Assembly: GCA_023136715.1 (NCBI GenBank)
Contig: JAGLQT010000073.1
Coordinates: 1-41,436, forward strand
Reading direction: 5' to 3'
Length of the DNA stretch: 41,436 nt
Source of the DNA: Gammaproteobacteria bacterium
Lineage (GTDB): Bacteria; Pseudomonadota; Gammaproteobacteria; SZUA-229
The position numbers and the translations under genes were made by a program. Below the pieces are notes generated by a model that saw only the letters and a program-made list of their open reading frames with translations, ran no database searches and was not told the DNA's origin. This document shows, one piece after another, positions 35,341 through 41,436 of the stretch. How positions within the stretch are numbered: position 1 is the stretch's first letter; every line of letters starts with the position of its first letter.

Positions 35341-35868
35341 TTCTGGCAAATAATATTCACTCACCAGCAACGGTTTATCACCGACATGAAAGACCGAGCG
35401 CCGCCCCCAGATAATTTCATCCTGTGCGCCGGTTCTTTTATAGAGTGGATTTTCAGGTAATAACTGAGTCACCATCACTTCATCACGGCGCATACTATGG
35501 TCGGCAAATAACATTGCACCTAAAGGGCGATTACCTAAATTAGCGTAACTGCGTTCTGCGCCTTTAAGCGTACTCAAAGGTATCACCGTACGCGCATAAA
35601 CGACGGATTTTTTGCCACAGCAAAGTCTAACCTGTCTGATTAAAGCAAACTGGTTGCTAGCAATTTCCAGAACTTTTGCTTCATCCCATGTTGGTCGCCT
35701 AATTTCCTGCGACAATAGCTCAACATGAAAATTACCAGAACTATAACGAATCAGTCTAGCTGTTAATGATGAGGCATCAAATAACCATGAGCGCACCACA
35801 GGCGGCAGACGTTTTGTAAATAACTGCCTGCGCTTATACCAACGTTGGGTGATACTGCTAGAACTCAT
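35326..35868 (-). CDS. ubiC: chorismate-pyruvate lyase UbiC
   Basis: Blocks such as ARTVIPLSTLKG...LGNRPLGAMLF and WGRRSVF...KPLLVSEYYLPELF parallel E. coli UbiC as recalled. The 3' end overlaps the cyclophilin gene by 15 nt (convergent). Confidence 0.82.
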   Translation of the reverse strand: MSSSSITQRWYKRRQLFTKRLPPVVRSWLFDASSLTARLIRYSSGNFHVELLSQEIRRPTWDEAKVLEIASNQFALIRQVRLCCGKKSVVYARTVIPLSTLKGAERSYANLGNRPLGAMLFADHSMRRDEVMVTQLLPENPLYKRTGAQDEIIWGRRSVFHVGDKPLLVSEYYLPELFRS

Positions 35869-35908
35869 AACTGCCTTGCCAAAGAATGAAGTCGGATTTT
35901 ACAACGAC

Positions 35909-37831
35909 TTAGTCCGATTGTTCTGCCGATTTTATCCATCGCTGCAAAACGGCACCTAGTTCCGCCATACGGACAGGCTTACCCAGATAGTCATCCATGC
36001 CGGAAACCAGGCATCGCTCTTTATCACCTTCCATGACATTGGCCGTCATTGCAATAATCGGCAAATGCCCGCTTTCTGAAAGTGTTTCCTGTTCACGCCA
36101 TAAACGTGTCGCCTCAAAACCATCCATTTCAGGCATCTGGCAGTCCATTAAAACCGCATCAAAACTATCCCGCTTTAAAAATTCCAGTGCTTCTCTACCA
36201 TTTTCTGCCAGCTCTGATTGCAGCCCAACTTTCTCTAACATTTTTTTCGCCACCATCTGATTAACCGGGTTATCTTCTACCAGGAGCACCCGTCCCTCAA
36301 TCTTCACCGCCTCATCCACCCTAGCAACCACCAGTGTTGATGATTCTTCTTCAGGCGCAATACCCAGTGGTATAACAAACCAGAATTTAGAGCCTTTCCC
36401 CACTTCGCTCTCTATCCCTAAATTACCATGCATCATTCCAATTAATTGCTTTACAATCGTTAAACCCAAACCGGTGCCACCATGTTTACGCGTGGTAGAA
36501 CCATCTGCTTGCGAAAATGCCAGAAACAATTTTTGATGTTTATTCGTAGGAATACCCACTCCTGTATCTTCAACTTCAATACGAATTAGTACTTCTTTTT
36601 CATCTTTAAGCTTGAGTTTGATACGAACAACGACACCACCTTCACTAGTAAATTTAATCGCATTAGAAATTAAATTTACCAACACTTGCCGCATACGCGT
36701 AGGATCACCTACGACTTTTTCAGGTACGGCTTCATCAATCTCACTATTTAAATAAATACCCATCTGCTCTGCTTTTAACGCATGCAATACCACCACATCA
36801 TTAACAACATCCCTCAAATCAAAGGGGATTGCTTCGAACTCAAGCTTACCTGCCTCAATTTTTGAAAGATCAAGAATATCATTCAAAATAGACAGCAAGG
36901 CATCAGCTGATTTATACGCGACATTGACATATTCATGCTGCGACTCGGTTAATGTTGTATCCTCCAGCAACTGAAGTGTGCCAATAATTCCGTTCATAGG
37001 CGTGCGAATTTCGTGACTCATGTTTGCCAGAAACTCACCTTTACTGCGACTCATCCTCTGAGCTTCATCTCTGGCCTTCTTTAGCTCACCCTCAATATTT
37101 TTTACGTACTCTATTTCACTGGTGAGTGACTGATTAAGATTTTCCAGGTCGCTGGATGCCCGAGTTAGATTTTTGATCAGATCTTCATTCTTCAATGACA
37201 GTCTTAATGCATCTGATGAAGACTTATTTATTCGATAAGCCGCTAATATAATTACGACCAGTAAAAAACTGGTCATGCCGGATAGAGTATAATAAATTTC
37301 ACCGCCTATATAAAAAAGACGCGCTACTAAGGGAACCAGTATAAACCCCACATAAGCCGAATAGACCCAGAGCATATTTGAGTAACTGATACCACTGGCC
37401 GACACCCCTACCAGCATAAACGCCAAAATAATCTGCCCCATCTGTTCACTGGGAAACATCAGCGTTGAGGCAATACCCCATCCCATGGCAACAAATATTA
37501 CCGCCAGAAAATACCATCGCTTGGCTACATCTGCGGAAAAATAAGCATAATCTTTTTTATACAATTTAAAATGCTGAACAATGGTGCAACAGAAATATAA
37601 TAAAACCATCATTGCCAGCCAGACACTTAAAACAAGTGGCGGCAAATCATCCCACACCAGAGCAACCCAGGTTATGGCCATCACCAAACTTACTAAATTA
37701 TTAAAACCCGAGCTTTCTATTAATCGAGTTTCATTAAATTCACGCACAATATCGCCATAGACATCAATTTCATCTATCGATTCAGGTTTAGATTTTTTTC
37801 TTAAAAATGAGAACATCAACCAATGCTGCAC
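35909..37831 (-). CDS. hybrid sensor histidine kinase/response regulator
   Basis: N-terminal multi-TM sensor region, coiled coil, H-box (SHEIRTPMNGIIG), N and G boxes (GGTGLGLTIVKQL) and a C-terminal receiver domain (LLVEDNPVNQ...LMDCQMPEMDG...YLGKP). Confidence 0.9.
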   Translation of the reverse strand: MQHWLMFSFLRKKSKPESIDEIDVYGDIVREFNETRLIESSGFNNLVSLVMAITWVALVWDDLPPLVLSVWLAMMVLLYFCCTIVQHFKLYKKDYAYFSADVAKRWYFLAVIFVAMGWGIASTLMFPSEQMGQIILAFMLVGVSASGISYSNMLWVYSAYVGFILVPLVARLFYIGGEIYYTLSGMTSFLLVVIILAAYRINKSSSDALRLSLKNEDLIKNLTRASSDLENLNQSLTSEIEYVKNIEGELKKARDEAQRMSRSKGEFLANMSHEIRTPMNGIIGTLQLLEDTTLTESQHEYVNVAYKSADALLSILNDILDLSKIEAGKLEFEAIPFDLRDVVNDVVVLHALKAEQMGIYLNSEIDEAVPEKVVGDPTRMRQVLVNLISNAIKFTSEGGVVVRIKLKLKDEKEVLIRIEVEDTGVGIPTNKHQKLFLAFSQADGSTTRKHGGTGLGLTIVKQLIGMMHGNLGIESEVGKGSKFWFVIPLGIAPEEESSTLVVARVDEAVKIEGRVLLVEDNPVNQMVAKKMLEKVGLQSELAENGREALEFLKRDSFDAVLMDCQMPEMDGFEATRLWREQETLSESGHLPIIAMTANVMEGDKERCLVSGMDDYLGKPVRMAELGAVLQRWIKSAEQSD

Positions 37832-37906
37832 TTTATTTACCTTTCATTTGCATTACATAGTCAGCCTAGAGTAACTCTGAATAATTATCCAGTTATCCAG
37901 CCTTAA

Positions 37907-40036
37907 TCACACTGAACCATATTGCTCAGACCACCCCATCCAACGCCTTATCAAGGGTTTTACACTATCAGGCCACTGCGCCTGAATCTGCTCAGCTGCC
38001 TGCTTCACATCATCCAGCATAAACTCGTCGCGCAACACATCGGCAATTCTCATACCGACTACACCCGTCTGCCTCGTCCCCAAAACTTCACCCGCACCTC
38101 GCATTTCGAGATCTTTCTGCGCGATGACAAAACCACTCGAATTTTCACGTATGATCGCCAGCCGCTGCTTTGCTCTTTCAGATAATGGTGACTGGTACAT
38201 CAGCACACAGCTACTTTGTTTTTCACCACGGCCAACACGGCCTCTTAGCTGGTGCAATTGCGACAAGCCCAAACGCTCGGCATTTTCTATGACCATCAGA
38301 GAGGCATTGGGCACATCTACACCTACTTCTATTACCGTGGTAGCTACCAGCAAATTTATTTCACCTGTTTTAAATCTTGCCACCACAGCATCTTTTTCTT
38401 CCTGCTTCATTCTTCCATGCACCAGACCTATAGTTAAGTCCTTAAAATCCTGATTTAACTGAGCCGCTGTTTCCTCCGCCGCCTGACACTGCAACACTTC
38501 GGACTCTTCAACCAAAGTACACACCCAGTAGGCCTGCTCACCTTTTCTACATGCTTCAGTTACACGCTCAATCACTTCATTCCTACGCTGATCAGAAAGC
38601 ACTACCGTTGTCACTTTTTTACGGCCTACTGGTAATTCATCAATCACAGAATAATCAAGGTCTGCATAGGCCGTCATGGCCAGACTTCGTGGAATTGGTG
38701 TTGCCGTCATAATTAGCTGATGCGGGACAATGCCGCCCTTCGCACCTTTTTCGCGTAGCGATAAACGTTGATGTACGCCAAAACGATGCTGCTCATCAAC
38801 AATGACCAGCGATAAACTATCAAACTCAACATCCTCTTGAAAAAGTGCGTGCGTACCTACAACAATACTGACCTTGCCCTGTCTTATGGCATCCAGCTTA
38901 TTATCTCTTTTTTTCCCCTTATCTTTACCGGTAAGCAATAGACAGGCATCATTATTTTTCGATGTTTTAAACCAGCGACTAAAATTTTCATATAACTGAC
39001 TGGCGAGAATTTCTGTGGGTGCCATAATCGCCACCTGGTTCGAATCACTCAACACAGCCAGTGCTGCACATGCTGATACTGCTGTCTTACCTGAGCCCAC
39101 ATCACCCTGCAATAATCGCATCATCGGCACATTGTTTTTCAAATCAGAAGCAATCTCCTGTATCACCTTTTTCTGTGCAGCCGTTAGTTCAAAGCCAAAC
39201 TGTCTAACAAAGTTGGTCAGCATATTACTTTTTATATTATGCGGCCTTGCCTGATATTTCTCAGCTTTTTGCCTGAACTGCAACATACTCAAACGGTGTG
39301 CGAGCAGCTCTTCAAAAATCAGTCGCTGCTGCGCCGGATGCTTGACTGCCTCGATGCTATCTAAAGAAATGCCTGCTTCAGGATTATGTACCCGCTTTAA
39401 CGCCTGCGATAAATGGGGGAAGCTTTTTTCCTTACGCAATGACTCTGGCAACCATTCTGGTACAGCATTGTCATTAAGCCTGGTTAATACCTGCTCAGCC
39501 AGGTTTCGTAAAAGCGTTTGATGCACACCCTCAGTTTTAGGATAAACAGGTGTCAACGCATCCTTCACTGGCAGACATTCATTCTCAGCGAGTGACTTAT
39601 ACTCTGGATGCGTCATTTCAAGACTATTCGCGCCATGGCGAACTTCACCAAAACACCGAACACGCTGACCTGCAGCTAGCATTGCCTGCTGGCTGGCATT
39701 GAAATAAAAGAAACGTAAAACGATACCACCGGTACCATCAGATAAATAACACAGCAATGAACGTCCGCTACCCGCCTTAGACTTTCCCCAGCGTCCACCT
39801 TTTCGACTGAATCGAACTTCACTATGTTCGATTACACCTTCAACAACCACTTGTTGGCCGGACTTAAGGGCACCTATCGGCACAACTCTGGTGCGATCCT
39901 CATACCTTAAAGGCAAATGAAAAAGTACATCCTGTATGGTAGTGATACCTAGCTTTTCCAGTTTGACAGCAACAGCCGGCCCCACTCCTTTCAAAGTTTG
40001 CACTGACTGATATTCAAAGCTTTCACTCTGAGTCAT
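37907..40036 (-). CDS. recG: ATP-dependent DNA helicase RecG
   Basis: 709 aa with an N-terminal wedge domain, Walker A (GDVGSGKT), DEQH box, QLHQLRGRVGRG motif and the TRG-like C-terminal region. Confidence 0.95.
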   Translation of the reverse strand: MTQSESFEYQSVQTLKGVGPAVAVKLEKLGITTIQDVLFHLPLRYEDRTRVVPIGALKSGQQVVVEGVIEHSEVRFSRKGGRWGKSKAGSGRSLLCYLSDGTGGIVLRFFYFNASQQAMLAAGQRVRCFGEVRHGANSLEMTHPEYKSLAENECLPVKDALTPVYPKTEGVHQTLLRNLAEQVLTRLNDNAVPEWLPESLRKEKSFPHLSQALKRVHNPEAGISLDSIEAVKHPAQQRLIFEELLAHRLSMLQFRQKAEKYQARPHNIKSNMLTNFVRQFGFELTAAQKKVIQEIASDLKNNVPMMRLLQGDVGSGKTAVSACAALAVLSDSNQVAIMAPTEILASQLYENFSRWFKTSKNNDACLLLTGKDKGKKRDNKLDAIRQGKVSIVVGTHALFQEDVEFDSLSLVIVDEQHRFGVHQRLSLREKGAKGGIVPHQLIMTATPIPRSLAMTAYADLDYSVIDELPVGRKKVTTVVLSDQRRNEVIERVTEACRKGEQAYWVCTLVEESEVLQCQAAEETAAQLNQDFKDLTIGLVHGRMKQEEKDAVVARFKTGEINLLVATTVIEVGVDVPNASLMVIENAERLGLSQLHQLRGRVGRGEKQSSCVLMYQSPLSERAKQRLAIIRENSSGFVIAQKDLEMRGAGEVLGTRQTGVVGMRIADVLRDEFMLDDVKQAAEQIQAQWPDSVKPLIRRWMGWSEQYGSV

Positions 40037-40095
40037 AAATTACGTAATATTCTGAATTTTTATGATTACTTAGAAAAGTGTTTTTAAACGATAAA

Positions 40096-40482
40096 CTAAT
40101 CGCCCAGTTCCATCACTGCATCCATTTCCACCTCAGCATCTCTTGGCAAAGATGCCACACCAATTGCAGCCCTTGCTGGATAGGGTTCGACAAAATATTC
40201 CGCCATCACCTCATTGACGATTGAAAAGTTACCCAGATCACATAGGAATATATTGAGCTTGGCTATATCTGATAAATCACCGCCTGCCGCCTTTGCTACC
40301 GCCTGCAAATTATCGAATACACGTCGGATTTGCGCTTCAATATTACCACTCACCATTTCCATAGTTTCTGGCACCAACGGAATCTGCCCTGACATATAAA
40401 CAGTCGTTCCCACCTTTACTGCCTGTGAATAGGTACCTATTGCTTTTGGTGCATCGTTGGTTGATATGATTTCTTTAGTCAT
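40096..40482 (-). CDS. ridA: RidA-family reactive-intermediate deaminase
   Basis: The start is taken at M14 ([22 protein letters not shown]...). YjgF/RidA motifs are present ([25 protein letters not shown]). Confidence 0.9.
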   Translation of the reverse strand: MTKEIISTNDAPKAIGTYSQAVKVGTTVYMSGQIPLVPETMEMVSGNIEAQIRRVFDNLQAVAKAAGGDLSDIAKLNIFLCDLGNFSIVNEVMAEYFVEPYPARAAIGVASLPRDAEVEMDAVMELGD

Positions 40483-40695
40483 TGCATGCTCTCTTCTAGA
40501 AATGTAATTAGTTATACTCACTGATTTTAGCCTTTATTATACTAATAAACGTTTTTCTTCCACAATTTCAAGAGATTATCTGCAAGTATGGGCTTGCTTT
40601 ATTGACAGACTAAGCTTCATATATTGGCACTATTTATTATAGTAACGGTACGACAGTAGCAGTATCAACATAGATACGTATGTGACATATCTCAT

Positions 40696-41211
40696 TCACT
40701 GTGACAATAACCAGCTCTGTATAAAATGAGAAATCTCGTCAGGATTATTTAGATCGAGCATAGGCAGACCGTTTGTATCAAAAGCTACATCTGAAGCAAT
40801 AGCTATAACATCGTTATCATCAGGATAGATCAAACTCTTGCCTGTTGATGGTCGGTGCAACTCTATTTTTGAAAAAGCCAAGTGACGATAGCCTTCAACC
40901 AGAACCAGATCAACATCATCAAGATTTAAGCCGTCAATTAATTCTTCCAGCCGAGGCTCATTAGCTTCGGGCGTTTCAGTTATCAGTGCACGACGGTAAT
41001 TTGAAGCAATTAATACCTGATCAGCACCCGCCTTACGTAATTCATAGCTGTCTTTACCCGGTGTATCTATATCAAAATCATGATGCGCATGTTTAATCAT
41101 AGCAACACGTAATCCCTTATCCTTTAACAGTGGGAGCAATTTAATCAATAGTGTTGTTTTACCTGTGCCGCTATATGCCGCAAAACCCAACACTGGTTTT
41201 TTAAATTCCAC
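40696..41211 (-). CDS. mobB: molybdopterin-guanine dinucleotide biosynthesis adaptor MobB
   Basis: P-loop GFAAYSGTGKTTLL, KHAHHDFDIDTPGKDSYELRKAGA. The start is taken at GTG 41211, with AGGGGG 6 nt upstream. The track ORF extends to TTG 41259. Confidence 0.85.
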   Translation of the reverse strand: MEFKKPVLGFAAYSGTGKTTLLIKLLPLLKDKGLRVAMIKHAHHDFDIDTPGKDSYELRKAGADQVLIASNYRRALITETPEANEPRLEELIDGLNLDDVDLVLVEGYRHLAFSKIELHRPSTGKSLIYPDDNDVIAIASDVAFDTNGLPMLDLNNPDEISHFIQSWLLSQ

Positions 41212-41265
41212 CTTAATCCCCCTAAGTTTATTGGATGAGACCTTTTTACAAGAACTCAAATAACA

Positions 41266-41436
41266 CTAAGAGTCATATGAAAATGAATCTACCAGCAGCT
41301 TTTCTGCATCAAGCACTGTTACCGGCTTAGAGTAATAATAGCCCTGAATATTACGGCACCCTAACTCTCTCAATATTAATAACTGCTCCCTGGTCTCAAC
41401 ACCTTCTGCTATCACGTCCATATTAAAGTTTTTCGC
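41266..41436 (-). CDS. C-terminal end of an EAL-domain (c-di-GMP phosphodiesterase-type) protein; 5' part lies outside the window
   Basis: The reverse-strand frame is open to the window edge and translates to AKNFNMDVIAEGVETREQLLILRELGCRNIQGYYYSKPV...*. This matches the conserved EAL-domain C-terminal blocks (EGVET..Q, G....QGY..S.P). Confidence 0.8.
   Translation of the reverse strand, partial: AKNFNMDVIAEGVETREQLLILRELGCRNIQGYYYSKPVTVLDAEKLLVDSFSYDS

Noticed and set aside
1-41436. CRISPR arrays, defence systems (restriction-modification, toxin-antitoxin, CBASS/retron-like), IS elements and prophage genes.
   Set aside because: No regularly spaced direct repeats were found. No nuclease, methylase, reverse-transcriptase or transposase motifs appeared in any ORF translation. 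The window looks like core chromosome apart from the redox block.

Overview
This is a densely coding chromosomal window from an AT-leaning, gammaproteobacterium-like genome. The gene content (FccAB, TusA, a Cyc2-like protein) suggests a marine sulfur-oxidising chemolithotroph, but that is inference only. No transposase, integrase, CRISPR array or rRNA was seen. All protein calls come from reading motifs in the supplied translations, because no database search could be run.

Gene order:
- metX (3' part) and metW.
- A complete type II secretion cluster, gspCDEF and gspGHIJKLMN. It is split by an oppositely oriented rhomboid/rhombosortase-like gene that overlaps the gspF 3' end.
- A housekeeping block: YkgJ-like Cys-cluster protein, yrfG-like HAD nucleotidase, cysQ, a small membrane protein, an MBL-fold hydrolase and galE.
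- A redox block, all on the minus strand: flavocytochrome c sulfide dehydrogenase fccAB, a monoheme cytochrome fused to an outer-membrane beta-barrel (Cyc2-like architecture), and a secreted triheme cytochrome.
- Divergent from the triheme gene: a tightly coupled hemerythrin, DUF2249 and 12-TM membrane protein operon, then a HopJ-family protein and a thioredoxin-CcdA/DsbD-like fusion.
- tRNA-Phe with tRNA-derived fragments just downstream of it.
- mutY, moaC, moaDE, an HtrA protease, an FKBP isomerase, an AI-2E transporter, rmuC, a Rieske protein, tusA, a TetR regulator, a cyclophilin, ubiC, a hybrid histidine kinase, recG, ridA, mobB and the 3' end of an EAL-domain gene.

The best candidate for an undescribed system is the fccAB / Cyc2-like porin-cytochrome / triheme cytochrome block together with the adjacent hemerythrin-DUF2249-membrane protein operon (about 17.6-24.0 kb).
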